The notes beneath the pieces were generated by a model that had not been told where the DNA came from, made no database searches, and saw only the letters and a program-made list of their open reading frames with translations. Of a stretch of DNA of 37,387 nt, positions 1-11,418 are shown piece after piece (positions within the stretch are counted from its first letter, which is position 1; every line of letters begins with the position of its first letter). The translations under genes and the position numbers were made by a program. Location: positions 58,646,169-58,683,555 of the forward strand of contig NC_068984.1 in the NCBI RefSeq assembly GCF_001194135.2, read 5' to 3'. Origin of the DNA: Octopus bimaculoides (taxonomy: Eukaryota).

Positions 1-2
1 AT

Positions 3-72
<70 letters not shown>

Positions 73-477
73 GAGAATATACAAATAATAACAACAGACG
101 AGGACAGGTGGTGTAAATAACAAAAGTATATATTAGTATGACGCTCGGGAATACGGAAAGTGTGAGTGTGTGCGTGTGCGCACACACGTTTTTGAGTGTG
201 TGCATGAAGTAGGTGGATGTTTATAATTAGCCCCTTGAAATAATGTAAGCCTAGCAGTCACTTAACCTTGAATAATTAACTAGGAATAAAAACAAAGAAA
301 CATTCTTAACAATGCTGTTCTCTGAGGCTCCTTTGAAACTTTGGTTAAGTATGAAATCAGACTCAGTTCAATGATGCCACTTCTGTAATTTCAAGTGATA
401 CAAGTTCATATGTCATAGTGAAATTGTATTTGGTAACACAATACCATTCATAAAAGAAAAGAAAAAAAAATCAAACA

Positions 478-683
478 ATCCTTTCTACTCTTGGCACAAA
501 GTCTGAAATTTGGGGGAGGGGGCTAGTTGATTACAATGACCCCAGTGCATAAATTGTACTTATTTCATCAACCCTGAAAGGATGAAAGGCAAAGTCAACC
601 ACATCGAATTTGAACTCAGAATATAAGGACGGACGAAATGCAGCTAAGCATTTTGCCCAGCGTGCTAACTATTCTGCCAGCTC
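478..683 (-). mobile_element. tRNA-derived SINE, family B
   Basis: The reverse strand reads GAGCTGGCAGAATAGTTAGCACGCTGGGCAAAATGCTTAG...TCTGAGTTCAAATTCG (B-box-like)...GACTTTGCCTTTCATCCTTTC...CCCTCCCCCAAATTT. Homologous copies lie at 15911, 17967, 29109 and 33301. Confidence 0.8.
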
Positions 684-879
684 TATCAAAAATTAGACAT
701 TCTAAAAGCAGTGTAAAACTTTGCATAAAACTATTTTCTCAGCACCATGAAATAATGTGACATTTACCTCCCTGATATCAGAATTATAAACGCAGAACAT
801 ATTACACCATCCAATGTAACACAATATCTGAACAAAATACAACTAAGCAAAATACTACAAAATTCTTTAATAAGCAAGT

Positions 880-1130
880 AGAAAAAGATATGACTGCTAT
901 ATTTAGCAAGCCAAATGACTATGTAGTGACTACATTAGATAATATGGTTCAAGATATCTCTGAAAGGATAGATGGTCACAACTGGAATGTCTTTGATCAT
1001 AGTTTGCTCAATCAAAGTTGAACTGGGGACTAAACAACAGCAAGAACAATACAAAATTCTACAAGCCCACAAGGCATCCTTTGTGTGGTCATTTGATTAG
1101 CTAGAAATAGCAGCCACAGCTCCCTGAAAT
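880..1130 (-). repeat. Unclassified interspersed repeat (two adjacent pieces)
   Basis: Shares the motifs CTATGATCAAAG..ATTCCAG..GTGACCATC and GGCTGCTATTTCTAGC with copies near 3610-3780, 20300-20400, 26650-26830 and 27900-27970. Confidence 0.55.
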
Positions 1131-1534
1131 CCCCAAAATAGGGTAAGGAGACATTAGATAATGTAATCCTTCACACTCTTAAAAAAGGCAGTATTCAGAA
1201 CTGATAAATGGTTGACCCTGAGTCAAATCAAACCAGATTGATTTCAAGCTAAAAGAAACTTCAAAAATTTTTCAAAAATAAGTTCCAAAACCAAGCCCCA
1301 GTCAAACAAAACTATGCTTACTATGTGCAGAGAGTCAGATTCAGATCATACATTTTGTTAGGAAGAAAAAGAAAACCCAGCCCCTGACACAGCAACAACT
1401 AAATGTTGTAAACAACACCAAAACTGGCAGATGATATCATGAAGATATGAAAGTGGGTGGGTGGTAGGAAGTAAAAAAGAAGGATGGGTCACTCCCATGG
1501 CTGGGTGATGCTATGAGTGAAGTATATATTTATA

Positions 1535-2799
1535 CAGGGTGCATAAGGTATTTGAGGACACCTTTTTTGGGTCACTGCTGCATTTTTTGCTCTGTATAAT
1601 CTTTGTTTCAGAAAATAATAATGGCAGACCCTCCCTCAGTTTACTCAAGAAATGAAGAGGTATGCTGTTATTGTGGTTATAAAGGCTGAGCATAGTGATT
1701 TAGAAATATCTTGAGTTTTAAAAGCTGCCAGATCTTTCATCTACAAAGTTTGTAAGGAGCTAGAGACTGAAGATGGAAATGTATCACCAGTAATCAAAGC
1801 AAAAAAAGCATTCTAAATGCTCTGAAATCATCAGAACACCTGAATTTATCCAGCAAGTTCAACAGACCTTTGATTACATTCCCAGAAAGTCCATGAGCTG
1901 AATTGCAAAAGATCTCCATGTGTCAGAAGGAACAATCAGAAATGTTGTCCACGAAGACATCAGATCTAAGTCTTATATGATGAGGAAAGGCCAATTTGTC
2001 TGAAAAAGCGAAAGAAAATCACTACATCAGATCTAAAAGGCTCTTAAACAAACTCAAAAATCCAGCAAAAGAAGATTTGATTTGGTTTTTCTCAAATGAG
2101 AAAAACTTCAACCAAGATCAAAAAGTTAACAGAAGAAATGACAAATGGTTACGTGCAGACCCTTCTGAAGTTCCAAGTGTTATGCATACAAAATTTCCTG
2201 CAACTGTCATGGTTTTAGGGGTTGTCAGCAATGAATGATATGTGATGCCTCCTTACCTCTTTTCACAAGGCCTTAGAGTTAACTCTGCCATCTACATTGA
2301 AGTCCTGGAAACAGTTGTTAAGCCTAGGATAGACTGTATGCAATGGAAGGCCATATGTGTTTCAGCAAGATTGCACTATCACACATGACTCTAGTAACAG
2401 AGGAATGGATGGCTGAAAAATTTAATGATTACATAACCCCTAACATTTGGCCTCCTAATTCTCCAGATCTCAATCCATTGGACTATTTACATGAAGAGCA
2501 TTGTTGAAAGAGAGATCAATGAACATGCCCATAACATCAAAGATTCTATGAAAGCTGCCATAGTCAGAGTAATGTCCAAAATGACCCAGGACCACTTGAT
2601 TCGAGCATATAGATGATTTAGATCTCATATAAAAGCAGTTATTGAAGCTGAAGGTGGCTTTATTGAATAACATTATAGAAAAGAAAGTTTATTTTTATCC
2701 TCATAGCATTTTTTGATAAATAAAGTTATTATGTTATTATATATCTGTTTTTTTTTTATAAACATAAAAAATCTGTCCTCATATATCTTATGCACAATG
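1535..2799 (+). mobile_element. Full-length but defective Tc1/mariner element, DD37D (maT) family
   Basis: Left TIR TA|CAGGGTGCATAAGGTATTTGAGGACACC at 1535. Degenerate right TIR TCTGTCCTCATATATCTTATGCACAATG ending at 2799. Transposase remnants lie between them. Confidence 0.9.
1621..2670 (+). pseudogene. DD37D transposase pseudogene
   Basis: Pieces read ...WFFSNEKNFNQDQKVNRRND..., KFPATVMVLGVVSNE, RPYVFQQD, WPPNSPDLNPLDY and AVIEAEGGFIE*. There are 37 residues between the QQD Asp and the NPLD Asp after correcting a 2-nt deletion. Several stops and frameshifts; the first catalytic Asp reads Asn. Confidence 0.88.
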
Positions 2800-2803
2800 T
2801 GTG

Positions 2804-2843
<40 letters not shown>

Positions 2844-2853
2844 GGGACAAAAT

Positions 2854-2963
2854 NNNNNNNNNNNNNNNNNNNNNNNNNNNNNNNNNNNNNNNNNNNNNNN
2901 NNNNNNNNNNNNNNNNNNNNNNNNNNNNNNNNNNNNNNNNNNNNNNNNNNNNNNNNNNNNNNN
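2854..2963. other. Assembly gap (N run) flanked by (TA)n
   Basis: Run of N. Other gaps are at 8603-8691, 9829-10070, 11319-11418, 23764-24588 and 35198-35237. Confidence 1.
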
Positions 2964-2964
2964 N

Positions 2965-2997
<33 letters not shown>

Positions 2998-3111
2998 AGG
3001 AGAAAGAAGAAAAGTACACTAACCAAAATCCAGTAAAGACTTTTCAAGAAGCAATGGCTATGCTTTGCAACGACTTACTTGACATTATGCTACATCAGAT
3101 ATAGTCCAAAG

Positions 3112-3594
3112 TAGTGGTTCTCAACCATTTTTTTGCCCATGGACCACTTTGATTCCTATTCTGCTTGGGTGGATCCTTATAACCATTTCATGTTTAAAAA
3201 ATCCTATTGTATTTTTATAATTAAATATTATTGGGAATTGTATTAACCCTTTAGTATTTAAACCACCCATATCTGGTCCAGATATTCTCCATCTATGCTC
3301 AAATCAGCCAGATTGAGACTCTCATACCTACCCTATAATGCTAGTTTAGAAAATATATAATCACATCATCAAAATCAAAGCTACAAGATAATATATGATT
3401 AATTCAAAACAATGTGGATAATGATAAATAAGCATTACATTTGACAGAATAATCTGGACGCTAAAGGGTTAACAAAAATTGTTAAAATATTCTGTGTATT
3501 GTAGAAGAGTAGCCAATTTATAACACTTTAATTTAAACAATAAAATTTTATGACAACCCCCAAGGATCATATGGACCCTGGTTGAGAACCCCTG
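3112..3594. mobile_element. hAT (Charlie-type) MITE, interrupted by a piggyBac MITE
   Basis: TIRs TAGTGGTTCTCAACC and GGTTGAGAACCCCTG. The 8-bp flanks GTCCAAAG and GTCTAGTG resemble the Charlie NTCTAGAN target duplication. Confidence 0.75.
3243..3472. mobile_element. piggyBac-type MITE
   Basis: TTAA|CCCTTTAG...CTAAAGGG|TTAA, with a TTAA target duplication at both ends. Confidence 0.88.
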
Positions 3595-4268
3595 GTCTAG
3601 TGCTACATTTGTTGTAGTTGTTTAACTCTAATTGAGTAAGTCTATAATCAAAGGCATTCCAGCTGTAAACAACCAATCCTTTTGTACTTCAAGGACTACA
3701 ATATCCAATGTATCTTTCTTGAATACATAAAGGATGTGATTTGACAGAGATTTAGCTGCTAAATCAAGCAAATATACAGAGTAGGGTTTCTTAAATGGGG
3801 GTATCCATACTCCTTACAAACACTGGAACCAAATATTGGGGGTATGAAACTCAATCTCTGGCATCTATAAATAAATATGACAAAATTTTTATGATCTTTC
3901 TTGTTTTGGTTTTCTTGTTCTTGGTTAAGGCAGTCCATTGCCAGAATTGTTAGAGCATAAAATAAAAATGTGTTACAATAAATGTTCTAGCTCTCTGTTC
4001 TCTGAGTTCAAATCCCAGTGGGGTCAACTTGCTTTTCATCCTTTCAGGATCAATGAAGAATGTATCAGCCCACTGCTTGTGCAGGACTCTCTCCAGTAAG
4101 ATGTCCCATTCTGGATGGGCCACTGATGGGAAGGTATGTTCACTTGTGAATATAGGCACCAATAAAAGCCAGTTTTAGTTTGTTATTCATATGTAAAATA
4201 AAACCAAGCTATTGACATAATTTGAAGTCATACTGACACCTCATTTGACTGATGATGGTTCTGTCAGT

Positions 4269-4495
4269 TTAACCCTTTAATATTAAAACCAGCCATATCC
4301 AGTCAAAATATTCCATTCATTTTATGTACAAAGTGGCCAGATCTGGCCTCTCACACAAACCCTATAATGTTATTCTAAAAATTAACAGTTACCTCATCAA
4401 TACCTCAAAGCTACAAGATAATGCATGTTAATTCAAAACAATATGAATAAATTAGCATTACTTTACACAGAATAATGTGAATGCTAAAAAGTTAA
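4269..4495. mobile_element. piggyBac-type MITE, second copy
   Basis: TTAA|CCCTTTAAT...ATGCTAAAAAG|TTAA. The interior is collinear with 3243-3472 (for example CAAAGCTACAAGATAAT, AATTCAAAACAAT). Confidence 0.85.
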
Positions 4496-4781
4496 TGAAT
4501 GCATATGAGGACATATTGGACAATACTTTGGGATCTGGAATCATAAGAGTGTTAATGAAAACAATCTCCTTTGCTGATTTCTAGACTTTGCCTGAATCTA
4601 TCGCCATCATTTCCATCCAACTTATGCCAGCATAATCATGATTATCCTGAGCATCAGTGTTTCATTATCATTTTTTTTAGTTTACTTTATTCCCTGCTGG
4701 CATAAGTTGGATGAGGCTTGTTATGGCTGTATTCTATGACCAAATGCTCTTCCTGATGTCAGTGTACCTGATGTCAATGTA

Positions 4782-5160
4782 ACTGTGTGGTCAGAAGCTT
4801 GCTTTCCAATCATACAATTCCAAGTTCAGTCCCATTGTATGGCATCTTGGGCAAATGTCTTCTACTATAGCCTCAGGCTGATCAAAGCCTTGTGAGTGGA
4901 TTTGGTAGATGGAAACTGAAAGAAGCCTGTCGTATGCATGTGCGTGTCATTGAGTCTGTGTTTGTCTCCCACCACTGCTTGACAACCAGTGTTGGTGTGT
5001 TTACATCCCCATAATTTAGCAGTTCAGCAAAAGTGATCAATAGAATAAGTATCAGGCTTAAAAAAAAGAACTGGAATCAATTCATTTGACTAAAAATTCT
5101 TCAAGGTGGTGCCCCAGCATGGCCACTGTCTAATGACTGAATCAAGTAAAAGATAAAAGA
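4782..5160 (+). mobile_element. tRNA-derived SINE, family A
   Basis: Head ..TGTGTGGTCAGAAGCTTGC..AAGTTCAGTCCCA, body CTTGGGCAAATGTCTTCTACTATAGCC, 3' end GGTGGTGCCCCAGCATGGCC..GACTGAA..AAGTAAAAGATAAAAGA, followed by (TAGA)n. Confidence 0.82.
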
Positions 5161-5169
5161 TATATATAT

Positions 5170-5223
<54 letters not shown>

Positions 5224-5624
5224 TGATAGATTTATAATATGACTGCAAGGCTTTAAAGCAGAGAAAAGTAAAACCTCATATAAAACAGGCTTCCATACAG
5301 TTGTAATCATCCAAATTTCATCAGCAAGGCATTATCAAACAAAAGCTGTATGTATAATCCTTATGGATTATATAGCCTTGAGTTTTGAAATGACACTTGA
5401 AAATTTCTTTCAGCTTTCTCATATTTGTAAGGTTTCTAAATATGTTACTATTTATAATGAACCTAAAGACTAAAACTTAAACTAGAATATGGGCATACTG
5501 CTTCTGTCTGCTGCTTTGGAGTGCTAACTAAAATATTTCTGAGACAAGGTGCATAACTGAATGAAGGGCCAACTCATATCAGCAAGGAAGACAGGTGTTG
5601 AATGATGCTGCTGATGATATATAT

Positions 5625-5770
5625 ACATATCATCGTCATCATCATCGTTTAACATCCATGCATGGGTAGAATGGTTGACAGGAGCTGGCCAGGTAGAAGA
5701 TTATCCCAGGCTACTGTATCTGTTTTGGCAGGGTTTTTACAGCTGAATGCCCTTCCTAACACCAACCACT
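5625..5770 (-). mobile_element. RTE-associated 3' end fragment
   Basis: Reverse complement of the GGTTGG..TTAGGAAGGGCATCCAGCTGTA...AAACGATGATGATG tail that directly follows an RTE RT remnant at 9542-10348. Confidence 0.7.
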
Positions 5771-5859
5771 GCAGATGAGAGTTTCTTTTAAAGTATCTGC
5801 TGCAATTCAGTTTGTTTGAACAGAACATCTACATTTAAGCAAGGATATATACATACATA

Positions 5860-6010
5860 TGAGGAATGTTCATTAAAGATTTTCCTTGACCCACTTATTA
5901 AGGACTGGGATAAATGAAACTTGGCATAATTATTAGTCCATCTCTACATAGCCACCATCAATGGTGACACACTTCTCCCATCACTTTATGTAGCTGTGAA
6001 GTTCAGGGAG
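5860..6010 (-). mobile_element. mariner (DD34D-type) 3' end with TIR
   Basis: The minus strand reads ELHSYIK*WEKCVTIDGGYVEMD*, the mariner C-terminal RWEKCV..GDYVE motif. It ends in a TIR-like TA|TGAGGAATGTTCATTAAAG. Confidence 0.7.
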
Positions 6011-6061
6011 CTATAACCTCTGTTGGTAACGAAAGGCTCTCTCTCTCTCAGAGTGAATGGT

Positions 6062-7560
6062 AGACTATATGATGCTTGTGTACAAATGGCTATACTCCAT
6101 GGTAGTGAGACATGAGCTCTGAATGTTGAAGATGTGTAGACTGGAGAGAAACGAAGGTAATATGCTCTGTTGGATGTGCAACATCAGTGCACATGTATGA
6201 CAAAGTGCAAATGTATTGAGAGAAAAGTTGGGCATAAGAGGAATAAAATGTAGCATGCAAAAGAGAAGACTACGTTGGCTTGGAGATGTTATGTGTATGA
6301 ATGAAGACAGCTGTATAAAGAAGTGCCGATCACTGAAAGTGAATGGTACCTGTGGAAGAGGGGAAACCCAAGAAGACATAGGAACATGAGATGAAGTGGT
6401 AAGGACTGATCTCAGGATGTTGGACCTCATGGAGGAAATGACCATGGACCGAGATGTCTGGCAATATGAAGTTCTTGAGAAGACCCGCCCACATTAAAGA
6501 AACTGAGTTCTAGAAGTGCTGAAACTTCTCACACACTCTACCACAATGAACCAAACTATGTCTTTACATCTCTTCTCTACCTCACATTTCAACTTGATTT
6601 CTACTATGATTACTTCCCACTCCTAAATCTTGTCCTCTTGGCCTGGTGCCACTGTATCATTGCTCTCTGCTTGTCCCCGACCTGTGCGTTCTACCCACAT
6701 ACCTTGTCTCACTCTATCATTGCCATCTGCTAGCTCCCGACCTGGGTATTCCACCCACACTTAACAAGAAACCTAATCCCTCACCCTACTCCAACAAACC
6801 AATCTACAACTCTTCTATTTCTCGCATTTCCTCTTTCATTCACTATGCCTAGCTCTTACTCCTTGCTTAGCTCTTACTCCTTGCCTAGCTCTCACTTCCC
6901 AATCCTCACCTCACACCCCTGTTCCTCTGTATCATTGCTATCTGGTAGCTCCTCCAACTCTATATATACCCAGGTCTTTCACAACTTACTCATACTTTTT
7001 ATTCGCACTCCCTTTGCAATATCCTGTCACTTATATTATGGTATTTGAACCTCAAGGGTATGCCCTAGCACTTACCACTTTCTATATATCTCTCTTCCTT
7101 TACTCAAACATCTCATTTATACTCTGATCCCTGTCCCTTGTGAATATGTTCGGCATTTTGCCACCATCTCCATTCTGTGGTCTCCCACTCTCTCCCTCTC
7201 TCTCTCCTTCTTCTGCACTTCCCTCAGGTTAGGTAACAATGTATTTTCTTTGTGGTAGCACACCTGTTTCTGTCTTCATTCCTGATCTTTCTCTCCTTAG
7301 CCAGGTAACCTTGTACTTCCTCTACAGCAAGACACCTGTATCTGTCTCACTATAACTTTTTCATCATCACCTCCTCCAATGCCTCCTCCCCTCTTAAAAG
7401 TTTTTGTCTTGCAAGTACTTGGTAACCCTGTCAGTACAGGTGCCACTTAAAATCACTCAGTCCACACTGTAAAGTGGTTGGTGTTCAGAAGGGCATCCAG
7501 CTGTAAAAACCTTACCAAAACTGACCTCGCCTGTGTTTGTGCCATGAAAAAAGCACTACT
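6062..7560 (+). mobile_element. 5'-truncated RTE LINE (RT C-terminus plus long pyrimidine-rich 3' region)
   Basis: 6065-6490 reads LYDACVQMAILHGSET*AL..NMLCWMCN..LREKLGIRGI..KRRLRWLGDV..GTCGRG.PKKT..DEVVRTDLRML, with stops and frameshifts. A C/T-rich region with short internal tandem repeats follows, then the family 3' motif AGAAGGGCATCCAGCTGTAAAAACC. Confidence 0.85.
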
Positions 7561-7609
<49 letters not shown>

Positions 7610-7614
7610 ATGTC

Positions 7615-8057
7615 ATAGTTAGAACAAACTCTAGTAACTGCAGTGTAGAAACCGAGAGGAGCATAATGGAGAGCATCCAGCAAGTAGCTAACTCCATCCA
7701 CCAAAGTATCAAGGTAACTATACATTACCCCACTAGGTACCCTAACAATAGACTCCCTGTCCCTGATACTGAACTTTGGTTAGAGACTGTGAACAACAGA
7801 GGGTACTTGTAAAGACAAGAACATAATATACATAGGAGAGACTAAATGAACGTTTGAGACAATATGATGACAAAAACAATCCTCCATACTCTACCAACAT
7901 GCCAAAGACCAACATGGAGACACACTGGGTCACCTTGACATACATCCGCATTTTATCCAAGCACCCAAAGGACTCAACACTCAGACAAGTACAAGAGCAT
8001 GTCTTCATTAATGAAACATCTCCAGTTCTAAATAGGAAATATACAAAGGTGTCATAA
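7615..8057 (+). mobile_element. Penelope-like element relic: RT end fused to GIY-YIG endonuclease by an internal deletion
   Basis: IMESIQQVANSIHQSIKVTIHYPTRYPNNRLPVPDTELW (PLE RT terminal motifs) is followed directly by TCKDKNIIYIGETK*TFE..SILYQHAKDQHG..ILSKHPKDSTLRQVQEHVFINETSPVLNRK (GIY-YIG). Confidence 0.78.
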
Positions 8058-8129
8058 CAAAATACCCACAGTTTATACATACACAGTGTTGTTAGTAGGT
8101 CATTATGCAGGCATGAGTTTGTGTCTGTG

Positions 8130-8174
8130 CATGTGTGTGTGTGTGTGTAAGTGTATAAATATTATGTATGTGTG

Positions 8175-8212
<38 letters not shown>

Positions 8213-8602
8213 GACGAATGGATACGTATATGGACGGGTAGATATACAGATAGAGAGGTACATAGGGAATATGGACAGACGGGCACACACACACACACAC
8301 ACACATGCACACATACATGCTTGCATACATATATACATATATACAAACATACAAATGAAGACTGAAACACATGACCATGTACACACACGCATACTTCACA
8401 CAAGGACACATATGGAGACACACATCCATACATAACGGACGCACATACATAGTCACACAAACCCATACACAATCACACAAACATGAACACACGAACACAT
8501 GTGTATGAAGAATACATACATACAAATGTGCATGTCTGCATACACACATACATACAAACGTGAACACATGCATGCATATATATATGCATACACACATACA
8601 CG
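8130..8602. repeat. Compound (TG)/(TA)/(CA)-rich microsatellite field
   Basis: Directly visible. It accounts for several spurious H/T/Y/I/C/V-rich ORFs in the track. Confidence 0.95.
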
Positions 8603-8696
8603 NNNNNNNNNNNNNNNNNNNNNNNNNNNNNNNNNNNNNNNNNNNNNNNNNNNNNNNNNNNNNNNNNNNNNNNNNNNNNNNNNNNNNNNNNCTAAC

Positions 8697-9227
8697 TTAT
8701 ATTTTGCATTTGTGGCTCCGCTGGTGGCTAATGAGCTCTGCTCTTGACAAGCATACACGACTGCAAACATTGCAGATTAAGCTTTCCCCATTCACTATAC
8801 GAGCCGTGCGCTTTCACGCAGCTCGCTTAAGTTCTTCATGCTGGATACGTGCTCTCTCAAAATTGTCGCTCCTCTCCTTGACCTGCTTCCTCCATCCGTG
8901 GCGATGACAGGCATTGTTCTCCCAGTCAGTGTCCTGCATATCACAGGCCTTTAAAGAGGACTTGACACAGTCCTTAAATCGCAGCCTTGGTTTCTGCTGG
9001 AGTCTCCTTCTATTCACAAGTTCTCCATATAGCATCTGCTTAGGAATTCTGCTATCTTTCATTCTGATAAGGTGTGCAGTCCAACGTAACTGGTGTTTGT
9101 GCACCATTGCCTCAATACTCAAGATATCAGCTGTCCTCAGGACCTGTGTGTCTGGAATTTTTGAGGTCCAGCCAACATTGAGAATGTGTCTGAGACATCT
9201 CTGATGAAAGCGTTCAAGGACCCTTAC
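8697..9227 (-). mobile_element. RTE (BovB-like) LINE 3' fragment with C-terminal C2H2 finger
   Basis: One frame reads VRVLERFHQRCLRHILNVGWTSKIPDTQVL..HQLRWTAHLIRMKDSRIPKQMLYGEL..KPRLRFKDCVKSSLK..ELKRAA*KR..CNVCSRVCLSRAELISHQRSHKCKI*. It has a single internal TGA, probably from CGA. Confidence 0.88.
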
Positions 9228-9327
9228 CTACATACATACATATATGCATACATATATGCATACATACATATGTGTATGCGCATGCACAATGACACACACA
9301 CATGTACATAAACAAACAAGCCAGAGT

Positions 9328-9510
9328 CAACAACTATTGAAAAGTTTGCAAGATGCAATGAAAATTTTAGTGAAAATAAATAAGTAAATGAGTAGAAATC
9401 AGACTGGTGAGTGTGTTAAATTAATAAGGCACTAAAAGAGAATGAACTCTCCCCAGACACAATAAAATATGCTTCAACACACAAATTCACATGAAGAATC
9501 TTACAAACCA
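9328..9510. repeat. Interspersed repeat; inverted homologue of 22440-22588
   Basis: CAACAACTATTGAAAAGTTTGCAAGATGC...AAGGCACTAAAAGAGAATGA matches the reverse complement of 22440-22588. Its end (TTCAACACACAAATTCACATGAAGAATCTT) resembles 17138-17170 beside the ribozyme foldback. Confidence 0.75.
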
Positions 9511-9541
9511 AATACAAAAACAATATATATATATATATATA

Positions 9542-10348
9542 TGGGCTGTAACTGCTGAGGACATACGTAAGCTCACAAGGAATGAAGCCAGTATGCTCCG
9601 TTGGATGTGTAATGTCAATGTGAATACCCGTCAGAGTGTAAGTATCTTGAGAGAAAAGCTGAACATTAGAAGCATCAGTTGTGGCGTGCAAGAGAGACGA
9701 TTGCGCTGGTATGGACATGTGGTGAGAATGGATGAGGATAGCTGCTTGAAAAAGTGCCACACCCTAACAGTTGAGGGAACCCGTGGAAGAGGTAGGCCCA
9801 GGAAGACCTGGGCTGAGGTGGTGAGGCANNNNNNNNNNNNNNNNNNNNNNNNNNNNNNNNNNNNNNNNNNNNNNNNNNNNNNNNNNNNNNNNNNNNNNNN
9901 NNNNNNNNNNNNNNNNNNNNNNNNNNNNNNNNNNNNNNNNNNNNNNNNNNNNNNNNNNNNNNNNNNNNNNNNNNNNNNNNNNNNNNNNNNNNNNNNNNNN
10001 NNNNNNNNNNNNNNNNNNNNNNNNNNNNNNNNNNNNNNNNNNNNNNNNNNNNNNNNNNNNNNNNNNNNNNGAGATCGTTGCCAGTGCCCCTGGACTGGCT
10101 TGTGCGGGTGGCACATAAAAGACACCATTTAGAGCGTGGACGTTTTCGTGCGGGTGACACGTAAAAGCACCCACTACACTCTCTGAGTGGTTGGCGTTAG
10201 GAAGGGCATCCAGCTGTAGAAACTCTGCTAAATTAGACTGGAGCCTGGTGTTGCCATCCGGTTTCACCAGTCCTCAGTCAAATTGTCCAACCCATGCTAG
10301 CATGGAAAGCGGACGTTATACGATGATGATGATGATGATGATGATGAT
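9542..10348 (+). mobile_element. 5'-truncated RTE LINE with (GAT)n tail (spans a gap)
   Basis: WAVTAEDIRKLTRNEASMLRWMCNV..LREKLNIRSISCGVQERRLRWYGHVVRMDEDSCLKKC..GRGRPRKTWAEVV, then a 3' UTR and a (GAT)n tail. Confidence 0.9.
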
Positions 10349-10351
10349 ATG

Positions 10352-10778
10352 TACTCTTATACTCTTTTACTTGTTTCAGTCATTTGACTGTGGCCTTGCT
10401 GGAGCACTGCCTTTATTCGAGCAAATTGACCCTGGGACTTATTCTTTGTAAGCCTAGTACTTATTCCTAGTACTTATTCTATCGGTCTCTTTTTGCTGAA
10501 CCTCTAAGTCACAGGGACATAAACACACCAGCATTGGTTGTCATGCAATGCTAAGGGGACAAACACAGACACACAAACATATACACACACATACATATAT
10601 ATATATACATATATACGACAGGCTTCTTTCAGTTTCCGTCTACCAAATCCACTCACAAGGCTTTAGTCGGCCTGAGGCTATAGTAGAAGACACTTGCCCA
10701 AGGTGCCATGCAGTGGGACTGAACCCGGAACCATGTGGTTGGTAAGCAAGCTACTTACCACACAGCCACTCCTGCACC
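10352..10778 (-). mobile_element. tRNA-derived SINE, family A, near full length
   Basis: The reverse strand reads GGTGCAGGAGTGGCTGTGTGGTAAGTAGCTTGCTTACCAACCACATGGTTCCGGGTTCAGTCCCACTGC...GTGCTCCAGCAAGGCCACAGTC..AAGTAAAAGAGTA. Confidence 0.88.
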
Positions 10779-11418
10779 TATATATGTATGTATGTGTATA
10801 TATATATATATATATACAAAGAGAGAGAGAGAGACACACACACAGAGACAGACAGACAGGCAGACAGATAGACAGACAAATAGACAGACAGACAGACAGA
10901 CAGACTGATAGAAAGATAGATAGACAGATAGATATATATAGAGATTTATAGCTATAGATAGGGATATATATAGATATGTACACACACACACACACACACA
11001 CACATACACACATATATATAAATTTAAAAAAACGAAGAACGTAATGGATGACAATAAAACATACAGACACATGAACAATACATTCCTGGCTTTCTATTTT
11101 TCAGTCAAGCTTCCAATTATCATTACAGTTTCGGACTGTTACACTTGAGACTGTTAAAAATTTGTAGGCCCAAAAATCTAAGCTAAGAGCATTAAATTTT
11201 GGGGAGAAAGCGAGCAAATATGTGCGGCAACACAGACGAAAAAAATGAGAAAAATGGAGAAAATGTTACACGATTACAAATACAAACAAGAATAACAACA
11301 GGTGTCTTTCGACTAAAANNNNNNNNNNNNNNNNNNNNNNNNNNNNNNNNNNNNNNNNNNNNNNNNNNNNNNNNNNNNNNNNNNNNNNNNNNNNNNNNNN
11401 NNNNNNNNNNNNNNNNNN

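Noticed and set aside
72-161. Fragment recalling an octopus PLE-associated repeat (also 11199-11318)
   Set aside because: Recognition is from memory only; no ribozyme core or coding motif is visible in these pieces.
768-827. 60-nt minus-strand segment with a good acceptor and AG|GTAAAT donor
   Set aside because: It is open in two frames but neither peptide is LRR-like or otherwise recognisable. Such sites arise by chance in AT-rich introns.
2470-2673. Minus ORF containing DLSFN, similar to the expected LRR exon 2 start
   Set aside because: It is the antisense of the mariner transposase and lacks splice sites for a 72-nt exon.
8092-8597. Multiple 65-164 aa ORFs here and over other microsatellites (10678-11078, 25205-25574, 35485-35751)
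   Set aside because: They are translations of dinucleotide repeats.
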